The notes under the pieces were generated by a model. That model searched no databases and was not told where the DNA came from. It worked only from the letters and a program-made list of their open reading frames with translations. Shown here piece by piece: positions 1 through 10,176 of a stretch of DNA of 64,000 nucleotides (the first letter of the stretch is position 1; each line of letters opens with the position of its first letter). The position numbers were made by a program, and so were the translations under genes. The stretch comes from a virus, in IMG/VR virus record IMGVR_UViG_3300029904_000006, positions 1-64,000 of that record; one strand, 5' to 3'.

Positions 1-1
1 A

Positions 2-3000
2 AGAATATCGTTTAAAGTATATATTAATAAGATTATTCATAGCCATACGAACTTTAGTATTAGTTCTAAGACTATTAATACTTCTTCTAATACTTTCAAT
101 AGCTTCTTTAGTATCTTTATCTTCTGCTGAAGCATCAAGAGCAAATATCGTATCTACTCTATTGCCAAAAGTAACTGCATCAAGAATAACTTTAGCAATT
201 TCTGAGAAATACTCTGGATATTCTGCGAGAACATCATAAAGTTTCTCTTCGCTCATATCATAATTTTCACCAAGAAGTTCAAAGCTATTAATTTTATTAA
301 TAAGAGTGTTTGCAGCAGTTTGATAATATCTTGCAGCAGCAGTATAAATATTTCCTCTATTTTCAGCAAGACTACTACGGAAGTTTTTATTAACTCCTCT
401 ACGTTCTATATTACGAATGAAAGTAGTAGCTACATTACTATTATTTTTACGAGCATCAAAAGTAATTTGTTTAATAATAGCAGCCGATACGTTGTCAATG
501 TCTGTCCCTCTACGGGCAGAGTTGCCGATAACATCATCTCTATTGATAGTATCTTCAATATTGTCATCAATCATTACAGTAGCTGCATTTCTTATAGTTT
601 CTTTTTGCTCTTCGTTAGTTCGTTTAACTGGAGTAACTCTATAAATATTAGCAGACAATGGAGAAGTAGCAGTATCTTTAAGTTGTTTAACAATATAATT
701 ATATTCGTCTTTTCCTCTTTCAGTTTCTATATTAGTTTTACCATCAAGAACTGATTTAAGCTGACCACGAATCTTATTCTTTTTAGGAAGATGTGCAATA
801 GTAAATTCCATAGAGTTATTATTTTCATCAAATATACGCTGAACAGTAGATTTACCTTCAGGTATATATTGAGAAATAAGAGTATTGTTATCAAGTATAT
901 ACATTGCGTTATAATTATTCGCAAGAACTCTCGGAATCATTTTTTCAGCAATAGGTTTGGTAAGCATTTGAGCACCACCTTTAAGGAAACCGTCAGAACT
1001 TGTAGCCATAGCTTGAAGAGCCATTGGATTTTCCATAACCTCTTCCAACTTGCCCGTAGAGGGACGATATGTACCAATTTTTTGCTTTGTGGCTATAACT
1101 GTACGATTAGCATCAGCTATAATAGTTTTACTACCAACAGTTCTACGAGCTTCAGTAGCAGCTTCAAGTTCATTACATTTATCAGTGTAATAATCTTGAA
1201 CATTAAAACGATTAAATCGTTCATTATAAGAAACTTCATAAGTTTCATATTTTTCAAGAAGATTAAGAGGAACAAGATAATAATCTTTATAATCTGTTTT
1301 CTCATTGTTTGGGTCAATAGGATTACCACCTACAACGAGATAAAGAACATTATCTCTATTTTCATTCTTAGTAGGAAAGTTTACTTTAATATATCCATTA
1401 ACTCTATTTTTAAGTCTTAATTTATCAATAAGAGCTTGAGTCATAGAATTTTGAGAAGTATTATCAAGAACAACAAGACCATCTGGACGAGTAGCAGATA
1501 TAAATGCTTGAGTAGGACTCGGAATCATTCTATCATTACCTTCATTATCAGTTTTAAAACGAAGATTACCAAGACGAATTGTTTTAACTATTTCAGGATG
1601 ACTACGAACAAATAAATCAATATAACTTTCATCCATTTGTTCACCGGGCAAATCTCTTAATTTACGAACAACACCATTATTTTCAGCATGGTCAAGGTCG
1701 ATATTATTAATAATATCTATACCGCCTTGATTAATATCCGTATAAAGAGAATCGTTAGGAATAATCTTAGTAATATAACCGCTACGGAAATTAAATCCTT
1801 CAGCTATAAAAGCATATTTAATCAAATCAACACAAGCAAGTTTAATCAAAGGATTATGATTACTAAAACTATTACGGAAGAACTGAAATAAATCTTCAAT
1901 ACTATCTACTTGGTCATCATAAGAAAGATATTGACGACTTAGACCTTTGTTTTTAACATCAGTATTATTAAGAAGACTAACTTTAATATAGTTAAATATA
2001 CCTTGATTATCAGGGAAGTTTCTCTGCATAAAGAGAACTTTCTGAGCAGGAGTAAGTTTAATATATTCAGCAAGTTCTGCATCAGTAGGATGATTAACGT
2101 CAGCAACAGTAAAATTACCTTCATCAACAATACCATAACCAACAATACGGGAACGCTCGTTATTCCAGTAAATGTTAGCTGTTTTTAGCTCTGTTTCGTC
2201 TTCTTTTATTTTGTCGATAAATGGTATTATCCTACCTCGTTCATCTACCATAAGAGGCGTTAATAGCTTGCCAATACTATTATATAAGTACGTCATTCCA
2301 TATCTCCGCCACTCTTTATATTCCTTCTCATTAAATTTATGACCAATAACACGTTGAGCATGATTTTCAGCTTCAATGAAATCATCATTCTCAGTAATAA
2401 ATACTTGAGCACCAACTTGAATACTTGGAAGAGTAGAATAAGCATAAGCAGCAGCGATAGGTTTATTAACAGAAGCATTAACATTTATGTTGCCATTTTC
2501 ATCTAATGGGAACATAGCATCAGCCCAATTTTTATCACCTACTTTAAATACAGGATTAGTACGATATTCATTAACAGAATCACGGATACGACGTGTTTCA
2601 CGATTACTCGGTTTAGCACCAACTTTATCAACAGCACTAAATTGAATAATATTATTAATATGTTGAGCAGTAGTTTGCATTTGTCTAAATGCAATAAGCA
2701 TACTTAAATCAATAGCAGCTTGATTATAAGCAGTAGCTTGAGATTTATCTATTTTATTAGTACTATTCTGTGCAGCAGTTCTAATACGTTGGAAAATATA
2801 ATCCTTACGAAGAGGAAACTTAATATTCATAATATCATTATTTTCCATAGAACTAATATCTACACCAAAAATATTATTAAATGCAGTAACAAAATTAACA
2901 TCTTCTTTAAGGGCTTTTATGCTTCGTCCAAGAGAAGTATGTTTATCAATAGGAACAGTACCTTCATTCTTTTTATTACTTTGATAACCAAGACCTAAGT

Positions 3001-6000
3001 CAGAAGCTATGTCAGCAACAGTCATATCAACAGGATTGCCGCTATCACCAAAAAAGACAGAATTAGTAAGATTATAATTAGCAACAAGACGACTAATAAT
3101 AGGTTGACGCATAAATCCAACACTAAACTCATGGTCAAGACCTATACAAGTCATAAGTTTATATATATCAAAAGTATAAGCATTAACATTAGGAATACTA
3201 CCGCGTTTTACAGCATCAAGGTGATGTGCAGTAGTTTCAGCAGTATAAGTAGTAACATAATTACCTGTAATATTCTTATTGTTATTAGACCAGCCAAATT
3301 TGTTGAACTTAACAATAACTTGTTTAGAACTTTGTTCCCCTATTGTAGGAGTAATACCATTCTCAGCATTATAAAGTTCGACTGCAACAGCATGAGCCTT
3401 AGGATATTTATTAGCAAATATTTTACTTTCAACAAGAGCTTTAGAAATAGGATAACGAGATTTACTAATAATTTTATATCCTTTAATATTAGTATTCTTA
3501 ATTATTTTAGCTATTTCTTCATCAGTAACAGTATTACCTCGTTCCTCTTCTTTTTTAACATAGTCATTAATTGCTTTCATAGTAATCTTACGTTCTTTAA
3601 GAGGAGTATTGATATTATATTCAGCAACTTCTTCATAATTACTAATAATAGCAAAGAACTCATTAGACGTAGTGTTAGTAAGTAAATCCCAAATAGCTTG
3701 AGTTATAGCTACTTTACCTTTAACAAACTTAGGATATTCTCCAGTAATAGTATAAATAAGGTCTTTTATTTCATCAGTAGCTTTATAATGTCTTATACTT
3801 TCACTTCCATCATGAGTATAATGATGAGCAAATTTTATGTCGTAAGCATACGGAACAAAAGTTCCCCAATTAATATAAAAAACTTTATCATCCTTATCTA
3901 TACGAGCAGCAATAGGTTGAAGTTGTTTTAATCTTTCTTCAGTAATATAAACAGGAGTTTCTCCAAGTTCGTCAATTAAAATACGACGAGTAGGAGATTC
4001 TTTTGTTTCAGAAGTACGAGGAACAAGAGAAATAGTTTTATCGTTATCACTATAATCTTTCATATCCTCTTTATATGCAGCTTTAATATCAGCTTCATCA
4101 TAAGTAATAGCACTATCTTTAGCAGATACTCCGTCGAGATTAAGTACAGCATATACAGCTGCACCATCAGACAAATATCCATGAGCACGGTTACTTTTAG
4201 ATGCCATAGTATCCCAATTCACAGAACGAGCTTTAAGACCTGCTCCGCCCATAGCATCATCGAAATAATCAAGCTGAGTAAGAGGATTATAAGGACTAAT
4301 AAGTTTAGAAGCAGTACCTGATATTTTATTAATTACATCATTAGCACTATGGTCTTCTCCAGCAATGTCTTCAAACTGAGAACGTCCATATTGTTCTTCA
4401 CGAGAAGAAGCGTCATTCATAATCTTTATCATTCTATCAAGAATATAATTATTACGAGCACGACGACTAAGACGTTCAACAAAAGGAAGAGATTTAAAAT
4501 CTTCAAAAGATATAATACCTACCTTACCAGCTTCAATTTCAACGTCTTTAATCCAAGCATTAATATTATCTTCAATAGCTTGTTTTATAGCATCAGTCTT
4601 TTCTGCAAAATAATCTTCTTTGTTAAAAGTATAAAGACTACGTTGAGCATTAATAATATTAAGAAGAGTAGTTTGCTGGTCAAGATAATCTTGTACAGCT
4701 TGTACTTCCTCTACGGGCAAGGTATGATTGCTAAGATATTCAGTAAATTTTTCATTAATAGTAGGATAAGCATCAGTTAAATCAACTACAATTCCACTTT
4801 CTTTAGCTCGTTTCTTAGCAGTAGAGTTTATATCTTTAATAATACCACGCGCCCAACCGGGAAGACGCTTTTTATAAATTTCATTACGAGTAGCATCTTC
4901 TTTCTTATAAAGATTATCAAATTCAGTACGTTTAGCGTTAGCTTCTTTTTGTTCTCCACGAAGACGAGATTTTATTTCTTTAACAACGCTATCAATTTCT
5001 TCTCCTAAATCATTACGTTTAACTTTGTTATCAAGACGCTGATTAACATAATTAACGTAAAGCATACGGTCATCAGTAGTATCTTCTTCATAAGGAACTT
5101 TATGAATAGTAAACTTACCATCCTTACCTTTCTTACGATAAAGTTCCCAAGCAATACCATAAATACTATCAACATCAAAGTCAGAACCAGTTTGAGTTAC
5201 CCAAGCATCTGGAACTACAATAGTAGAACCAAGAGCGTCGTTAGTAAATCCTACTACTTTAAGAACAGATATAGATTGTTTACCTTCAGTAGGAATACGA
5301 TAACCAAGATGTATATCAAGACCAGCTTCTTCTATTTGTTTAAGAATAGCTTCATTTTCCTCAACTGTTTTACCTTTAGGAATAAGATTACTCCAGCGAG
5401 GAAGATATACTTGCATAACGCCTGTTTCAGGATTAAATTCAAGTTTCTTACTATAACCAATTCCAGTAATCTGAGCAGCGTGCCAACCGGGAAGAGTTTG
5501 ACGAGTAATAGCTTTATTAAACAAAGCTTGACCAACACTTTCAAGTTTCTGTTGAACGTTGTTCATAGCATTAGGCATGACAGGTTTGCCAAACTCATCA
5601 GGAATAAGATATTCCATAAAATTACTATCCATACCTAATCTAATAGCTTCTTGACGAGCACGAGCATAATAATCAGTAAGATTAAGAGTTTCTCTATTGC
5701 TTTTTATAGTTTCTGCATTGAGAAGATTACCATCAGCATCGGTAGTAGCATATTCACTATTAACTATCTTACCACTCTTATCAAGTTCCCATCCCATAGA
5801 TTCAAGGAAACTAAGAAAATCTTCACGAATATTAGCAGTATATGCTTCTTGATATTCATCAGCCCAATCTTGTACCTGTTTAGAAGCAGTAGTAACATTA
5901 TCGATAATCTTTTTACTAATCTGAGAACCAAGTTTATTTTCCTCATTAACCATGTGTTGAGGAACATCTTGTTGTTTATACAAATATTTATATTTATAAA

Positions 6001-9000
6001 TTTGTATATAAGAATCAGAGAATTTAGACTCAAAGTCTTTATCAAATTCTCCAGTTTGTTCATCCCAAATAGTAAATATATTTTTCTTAGCAGCTTTATC
6101 AGTTTCAGCAGTATTAAGCTGACCAATATCATTTTTCTTCATCCAATTATAAATTTGGACAAGAGGACTGTCTTCAGGAAGAAGTTTAGGAATAAGAACA
6201 AATTCAGCATTTTTAATCTGACGAGGAATAAATTGATTAGTTTCAGCATCAAAAACTTTATCAAAATAAAAATTCTTTTGAACTTGAATACGAGTATTAA
6301 TAGCATCAAGGTCAAGTTCTTCAGCAGAAACATTAGGGTCAAGAATTTGAGCAATTAAATCTTGATATTCATCAAGACTGCCCTCAGCTTCTTTACGACG
6401 AATAAATTCCTCAAAAGTAATAAATGATTGAGCATCGTTGGCAGTAGTATTATCCCAATAACCTTGAGCAATTTTAACAGAACGATTATGAGCACGTTCT
6501 CTATTCATACCTTGCTTAATAAATTCTTTTTCAAGAAATTTCTGAAGTTCATCAGCTTCATCAGCAGGTTTAATAGTATTATATATAGTAACAGCTCTCC
6601 AACCTGTACGAGCAATCATAGTTCCATTTGGATTGACTACTTTACCGTTATAAGTAGGAACTTCATAAGCAGAAGCTATACCATTTTTAGTTTGTTTTAT
6701 ATTAATAATAGCAGGAGAACCATTCCAAGTAATATCAGTAATTTCGTTCATGCTATCGGTAGCACTACAATTCTCATAAGATTCGCCTCCAGCTTGAGTT
6801 TCTTTTGTACGTTTAAGGAAATCACGAGCATTATTATAATACTTAAAATCTCCTTCAAACATATCATCATAGTTCATATTCATAACAGCACTATTAAGTA
6901 AAAAACTATTAATAGACTGTTCTGTATGAGGAACTTTCTGTTCTTTAAGAGCTTCAATATAATCAGCTATTTCATTACGAGAATCTTCAAGAAAAGCAGT
7001 AGTCCATTTACTAACCATTCCTTTAATATAACTTCTTTGAGCAGTAGAAAAATTAAGTCTAACTTTATTTCCATCAACTACAAGAAAACTATTCTCTCTA
7101 TTAAGATAATCTTCATTAAGCTGAAGTTTACCACCAGCGGTTTCAGTAAATAAAGCCGGCATACCTTCACGACCTCCCCCGTAGAGAGATAGTACATTCT
7201 CTATCTCTTTACCAAAGCTATAGCTTGTAGTATCAAATAAACGATTAAACTTAAACATATTACCAACAAGTCTACCGTTTTTAACAATAGCTTCGGTAAA
7301 ATCATTACCACCTTTCTTTCTTATTTTAGCAACAGCCTTTTCATCAAAATAAGCACGACCTATAAGTCCATTTACAGAAGTTTTAGTAACAAAACGACCA
7401 TTTTCATTTGTAAACAGATTATTAATAGCTTGAACAAACATATTCATTTCATCTAAGAAATGATTAAAGAAAGCAAGTTCAGCTTGAGCTCTATTATACT
7501 TAGGAGCACGAATCATAAATATCTTAGGAGCATCAGAACCGATACGCATAGGATAAACAGCACTGTCAAGATTACCAATCTTTTTAATATTACCGTTTTC
7601 CGTACGTTGAACTGTACTATTACTAAAAGCAATATATTGTGTAATAAAGAAATCAATCTTAGACATCTTATCATACACAGTTCCAACTCCAGAAGAAGAA
7701 TTCTTTACTCCATCAAATAAAGCATAACTAAGAATATTCTTAGCATAACTATATCCGTCTTTAGGGTCACCGTTAATAACAAAACCAGTAGGAGTTTTAG
7801 TAAACATACCCGGAGCAACAACTACTCCATTTTCGTCTTTAAGACCAAAGAAAATAGGATTATTAGAATACTGATTTTCTGTACCTTCTTTTGTTCCTTG
7901 AATAAGATATTCTCCAAATGCTTTAAGACCAGCAGCAGAATCTTCTGGACTTTTTGCAAGAATCATATCAAAGAAACGAGTTACAAAACAGTTTTTAATA
8001 ACGTCTGAAGCAGTATTTCCCTCAGCATTAGCAGTATTCATACGAGCACGAGACTCATTATATCTACTAATAGTATTAGCAAATCTAATAATAGATTGAT
8101 TTACAACAGGAGTAAGTTCATAAAGAGAAACATCAAATTCTTCTTTTTTAGGATATTGAGGATAATCTTCAGGTGCAAGACATTGTTCTTCAGCTATTAA
8201 ATAATCAGTATTCCATTTAGCAAGAGCATCAGTATATTCTCTATTTATTCTATCATAAGTATTATTAATATTTCTTTTAATATTACCAACACCATTAACA
8301 ATAGAAATCATATCTCGAATAATACTATTTATAATTTCTGTTTTATTAGGAAGTCTAAATATATTATCCAAATTAGTAACATCAAAGTTAGGAAAATATT
8401 TAGAAATAATAGTTTGAAGTTCAGGTTTAATAGAATCTATATCAGATTCTTTAACTCTTGAAAGTTTAGTAAGAGTAGAAGCATCGTTAACATCGTAATT
8501 ATTGTTATATGTACTACGAAGTTTATTCATCATATCAAAAGCAAGTTTAACATTACCAAAAGCATTAGGATTGCTATAATCAAATACAATACCGTCAGTA
8601 GCAGTAACATCGTTAATAGTACACATTACTTTATTAACAAGAGGCTTCGCAAAATTAGCATAAACAAAATTAGCAAGATTTCTATCTTGTTTTAATTTAT
8701 TAATAAAAGAACCAAAACCGTAAAGAGCTTTAATATTTTTAGACTTCTCTTCGAGAGAACTAATCATAGATTCAACATTAGAGAAATCCCCATGAGCAAT
8801 TATCTGAACAGTTAAATATTGAGAATCATAATAAGTCTTAACTCCAAGTTCATTATTAGTATCTATAGTTTGTACTTCGTCTTTAGAATTAAAAGGACTT
8901 TCAAGTTTAGGAATACGAGAAAGTATAAATTTCATTTTAGTAGAAATAGTTTGATTGAAGTTCTTATAAAGATTATCTTCCCAAGTTTTAGACGTTTCAT

Positions 9001-10045
9001 CAACAGACTGCTCATTAAACTGATTATCTTGAGAATCGTTATTGGTATCTTCTTCTTCAATATATTCAGTAATATCTCCAATCTTATCATATTCTTTAAT
9101 AAGATTAGTCATCTTTTTAGTATTATATACTTCAAAGAAAAATTCTTCAGGATTACCAACAATCTGCATATACAGATTGACAAAATTACGATTTCTTACA
9201 TTAAGAGCACCATCAATATTAGAAGAATAAAGGTCTATAAGATTAGCAGCCATAACTCTTCTATCTCTTCTGTGTTGAGCAAGAGCTTGTTCTTTACGTC
9301 TATGAGCAGTACGACGTTCATCAAAATCAGCTTTTAAAGCATCGTATTCTTTCTTTTCGCCAACAGTAAGTTCTCTGTTTTTATATTCATTAAGTTGACC
9401 TTGCATAGAACGAAGCCAAGGAATATTAGCGTCAATTTCATCAGCAACTTGATTTATTTTATCAATAATATCAAGATATTTCTGAGCATATTCTTTTGCT
9501 TCATTACTATATTTATCTGTACTAAGTACATTTTTAGCAAAATCATCAGCACGTCTAAGAAATTGAGAACGAATTTCTTTATGAACTTCTTGAAGTATTT
9601 CTCCATTACTTTTACGAACATTACGAGGTTTATTAAGTTCTGATTGATAACGAGAAATAATCATATCAGCAACATAATCTTTCGCAACCTTTTTAGCAGT
9701 AGAACTACTAAAACCCATAAGTCTACCCATTGCTTTATTAGTCTTAGTATTATTTACAGAATGATAGGTCCTAAGATAATAAGCATTGAGTAGGCTACCG
9801 AGTTTATTCTGATTGATATTCACATAATTGGCTTCTGTTATATTATTAATATCAACAGTAGCTCCTTTAAGAATATCATTTTCAGTAAGATTTTCAGAAA
9901 GATACTTTTTAAAAGCACTGTTTTGAAGTTGGGCTGCAAGAACGTATGCTTTGTTAATATCCCAACCAGTTACTCTACCAATGGTAGTACGAAGTTTGTT
10001 ATCTTTATCAAAAGATAGATTTAAATTATTTACTGTACATTTCAT
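2..10045 (-). CDS. giant crAss-type virion RNA polymerase (two-DPBB family), first 3348 codons; C-terminus lies beyond the left window edge
   Basis: Hand translation of the minus strand, checked line by line. ATG at 10045, with an in-frame TAA upstream at 10100-10102, and the frame stays open to position 2. It is absent from the ORF track because it has no stop in the window. The + ORFs listed here are I/S/F/N-rich antisense artefacts. HLGYRIPTEGKQSISVLKVVGF..VVPDAWVTQTGSDFDVDSIYG (5168-5302) fits the beta-prime DPBB pattern NRAPTLHRLG...NADFDGD. Confidence 0.7.
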   Translation of the reverse strand, partial: MKCTVNNLNLSFDKDNKLRTTIGRVTGWDINKAYVLAAQLQNSAFKKYLSENLTENDILKGATVDINNITEANYVNINQNKLGSLLNAYYLRTYHSVNNTKTNKAMGRLMGFSSSTAKKVAKDYVADMIISRYQSELNKPRNVRKSNGEILQEVHKEIRSQFLRRADDFAKNVLSTDKYSNEAKEYAQKYLDIIDKINQVADEIDANIPWLRSMQGQLNEYKNRELTVGEKKEYDALKADFDERRTAHRRKEQALAQHRRDRRVMAANLIDLYSSNIDGALNVRNRNFVNLYMQIVGNPEEFFFEVYNTKKMTNLIKEYDKIGDITEYIEEEDTNNDSQDNQFNEQSVDETSKTWEDNLYKNFNQTISTKMKFILSRIPKLESPFNSKDEVQTIDTNNELGVKTYYDSQYLTVQIIAHGDFSNVESMISSLEEKSKNIKALYGFGSFINKLKQDRNLANFVYANFAKPLVNKVMCTINDVTATDGIVFDYSNPNAFGNVKLAFDMMNKLRSTYNNNYDVNDASTLTKLSRVKESDIDSIKPELQTIISKYFPNFDVTNLDNIFRLPNKTEIINSIIRDMISIVNGVGNIKRNINNTYDRINREYTDALAKWNTDYLIAEEQCLAPEDYPQYPKKEEFDVSLYELTPVVNQSIIRFANTISRYNESRARMNTANAEGNTASDVIKNCFVTRFFDMILAKSPEDSAAGLKAFGEYLIQGTKEGTENQYSNNPIFFGLKDENGVVVAPGMFTKTPTGFVINGDPKDGYSYAKNILSYALFDGVKNSSSGVGTVYDKMSKIDFFITQYIAFSNSTVQRTENGNIKKIGNLDSAVYPMRIGSDAPKIFMIRAPKYNRAQAELAFFNHFLDEMNMFVQAINNLFTNENGRFVTKTSVNGLIGRAYFDEKAVAKIRKKGGNDFTEAIVKNGRLVGNMFKFNRLFDTTSYSFGKEIENVLSLYGGGREGMPALFTETAGGKLQLNEDYLNRENSFLVVDGNKVRLNFSTAQRSYIKGMVSKWTTAFLEDSRNEIADYIEALKEQKVPHTEQSINSFLLNSAVMNMNYDDMFEGDFKYYNNARDFLKRTKETQAGGESYENCSATDSMNEITDITWNGSPAIINIKQTKNGIASAYEVPTYNGKVVNPNGTMIARTGWRAVTIYNTIKPADEADELQKFLEKEFIKQGMNRERAHNRSVKIAQGYWDNTTANDAQSFITFEEFIRRKEAEGSLDEYQDLIAQILDPNVSAEELDLDAINTRIQVQKNFYFDKVFDAETNQFIPRQIKNAEFVLIPKLLPEDSPLVQIYNWMKKNDIGQLNTAETDKAAKKNIFTIWDEQTGEFDKDFESKFSDSYIQIYKYKYLYKQQDVPQHMVNEENKLGSQISKKIIDNVTTASKQVQDWADEYQEAYTANIREDFLSFLESMGWELDKSGKIVNSEYATTDADGNLLNAETIKSNRETLNLTDYYARARQEAIRLGMDSNFMEYLIPDEFGKPVMPNAMNNVQQKLESVGQALFNKAITRQTLPGWHAAQITGIGYSKKLEFNPETGVMQVYLPRWSNLIPKGKTVEENEAILKQIEEAGLDIHLGYRIPTEGKQSISVLKVVGFTNDALGSTIVVPDAWVTQTGSDFDVDSIYGIAWELYRKKGKDGKFTIHKVPYEEDTTDDRMLYVNYVNQRLDNKVKRNDLGEEIDSVVKEIKSRLRGEQKEANAKRTEFDNLYKKEDATRNEIYKKRLPGWARGIIKDINSTAKKRAKESGIVVDLTDAYPTINEKFTEYLSNHTLPVEEVQAVQDYLDQQTTLLNIINAQRSLYTFNKEDYFAEKTDAIKQAIEDNINAWIKDVEIEAGKVGIISFEDFKSLPFVERLSRRARNNYILDRMIKIMNDASSREEQYGRSQFEDIAGEDHSANDVINKISGTASKLISPYNPLTQLDYFDDAMGGAGLKARSVNWDTMASKSNRAHGYLSDGAAVYAVLNLDGVSAKDSAITYDEADIKAAYKEDMKDYSDNDKTISLVPRTSETKESPTRRILIDELGETPVYITEERLKQLQPIAARIDKDDKVFYINWGTFVPYAYDIKFAHHYTHDGSESIRHYKATDEIKDLIYTITGEYPKFVKGKVAITQAIWDLLTNTTSNEFFAIISNYEEVAEYNINTPLKERKITMKAINDYVKKEEERGNTVTDEEIAKIIKNTNIKGYKIISKSRYPISKALVESKIFANKYPKAHAVAVELYNAENGITPTIGEQSSKQVIVKFNKFGWSNNNKNITGNYVTTYTAETTAHHLDAVKRGSIPNVNAYTFDIYKLMTCIGLDHEFSVGFMRQPIISRLVANYNLTNSVFFGDSGNPVDMTVADIASDLGLGYQSNKKNEGTVPIDKHTSLGRSIKALKEDVNFVTAFNNIFGVDISSMENNDIMNIKFPLRKDYIFQRIRTAAQNSTNKIDKSQATAYNQAAIDLSMLIAFRQMQTTAQHINNIIQFSAVDKVGAKPSNRETRRIRDSVNEYRTNPVFKVGDKNWADAMFPLDENGNINVNASVNKPIAAAYAYSTLPSIQVGAQVFITENDDFIEAENHAQRVIGHKFNEKEYKEWRRYGMTYLYNSIGKLLTPLMVDERGRIIPFIDKIKEDETELKTANIYWNNERSRIVGYGIVDEGNFTVADVNHPTDAELAEYIKLTPAQKVLFMQRNFPDNQGIFNYIKVSLLNNTDVKNKGLSRQYLSYDDQVDSIEDLFQFFRNSFSNHNPLIKLACVDLIKYAFIAEGFNFRSGYITKIIPNDSLYTDINQGGIDIINNIDLDHAENNGVVRKLRDLPGEQMDESYIDLFVRSHPEIVKTIRLGNLRFKTDNEGNDRMIPSPTQAFISATRPDGLVVLDNTSQNSMTQALIDKLRLKNRVNGYIKVNFPTKNENRDNVLYLVVGGNPIDPNNEKTDYKDYYLVPLNLLEKYETYEVSYNERFNRFNVQDYYTDKCNELEAATEARRTVGSKTIIADANRTVIATKQKIGTYRPSTGKLEEVMENPMALQAMATSSDGFLKGGAQMLTKPIAEKMIPRVLANNYNAMYILDNNTLISQYIPEGKSTVQRIFDENNNSMEFTIAHLPKKNKIRGQLKSVLDGKTNIETERGKDEYNYIVKQLKDTATSPLSANIYRVTPVKRTNEEQKETIRNAATVMIDDNIEDTINRDDVIGNSARRGTDIDNVSAAIIKQITFDARKNNSNVATTFIRNIERRGVNKNFRSSLAENRGNIYTAAARYYQTAANTLINKINSFELLGENYDMSEEKLYDVLAEYPEYFSEIAKVILDAVTFGNRVDTIFALDASAEDKDTKEAIESIRRSINSLRTNTKVRMAMNNLINIYFKRYS
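508..516 (-). repeat. CCCGTAGAG-family motif copy (reads on minus strand)
   Basis: Plus strand ccCTCTACGGGcagagttgc; reverse complement GCAACTCTGCCCGTAGAGGGAC. Lies inside the RNAP gene and is read as N-S-A-R-R-G. Confidence 0.9.
1053..1061 (+). repeat. CCCGTAGAG-family motif copy (reads on plus strand)
   Basis: aacttgCCCGTAGAGggacg. The minus-strand gene reads it as R-P-S-T-G-K. Confidence 0.9.
4709..4717 (-). repeat. CCCGTAGAG-family motif copy (minus)
   Basis: Plus strand ttcCTCTACGGGcaagg. The gene reads it as T-L-P-V-E-E. Confidence 0.9.
5168..5302 (-). other. catalytic DPBB segment of the RNAP (RxPT ... DFDVD metal-binding triad)
   Basis: Codons for D-F-D-V-D lie at 5168-5182 and for Y-R-I-P-T at 5288-5302 (manual indexing, +/-1 nt). 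Confidence 0.65.
7178..7186 (+). repeat. degenerate CCCGTAGAG motif copy (plus)
   Basis: acctccCCCGTAGAGagata. The core 9-mer is exact but the flanks diverge (C instead of G upstream, A instead of G downstream). Confidence 0.6.
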
Positions 10046-10120
10046 AACTTTATTCGTATTATAAGATTCATCACTATAATGAATAATAGTTAGAACTTGT
10101 TATTTTGTAAAATTATTATA

Positions 10121-10150
10121 GATTGTGAAGCTGATTTTAGCTTCACAATC
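10121..10150 (-). terminator. hairpin between the 2562-aa gene and the RNAP gene (possible intrinsic terminator/attenuator)
   Basis: Perfect 12-bp stem gattgtgaagct/agcttcacaatc with a 6-nt loop, 27 nt after the stop at 10177. The tail on the minus strand is A/T-rich (TATAATAATTTTAC), not a clean U-tract. Confidence 0.5.
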
Positions 10151-10176
10151 TATTTAGTATGTCGGACTGAATAATC

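Noticed and set aside
5701-6961. Apparent compensating 1-nt frame offsets in the RNAP gene (one T fewer at about 5701 and one extra at about 5881; one A fewer at about 6901 and one extra at about 6961), which could indicate frameshifts or a pseudogene
   Set aside because: Both pairs coincide exactly with line starts of the printed sequence. The supplied track ORFs spanning them (5651..6358 +, 5764..6132 -, 6926..7153 +) only translate as listed without the offsets. I therefore treat them as a text or reading artefact, not biology. Coordinates inside these segments may be off by 1. Running an ORF finder on the raw file would settle it.
1-10100. Stop-codon reassignment (TAG or TGA recoding, known in some crAss-like phages) as the reason no long ORF is listed in the first 10 kb
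   Set aside because: Hand translation shows a normal standard-code frame with no in-frame stops. The ORF is missing from the track only because it has no stop inside the window.
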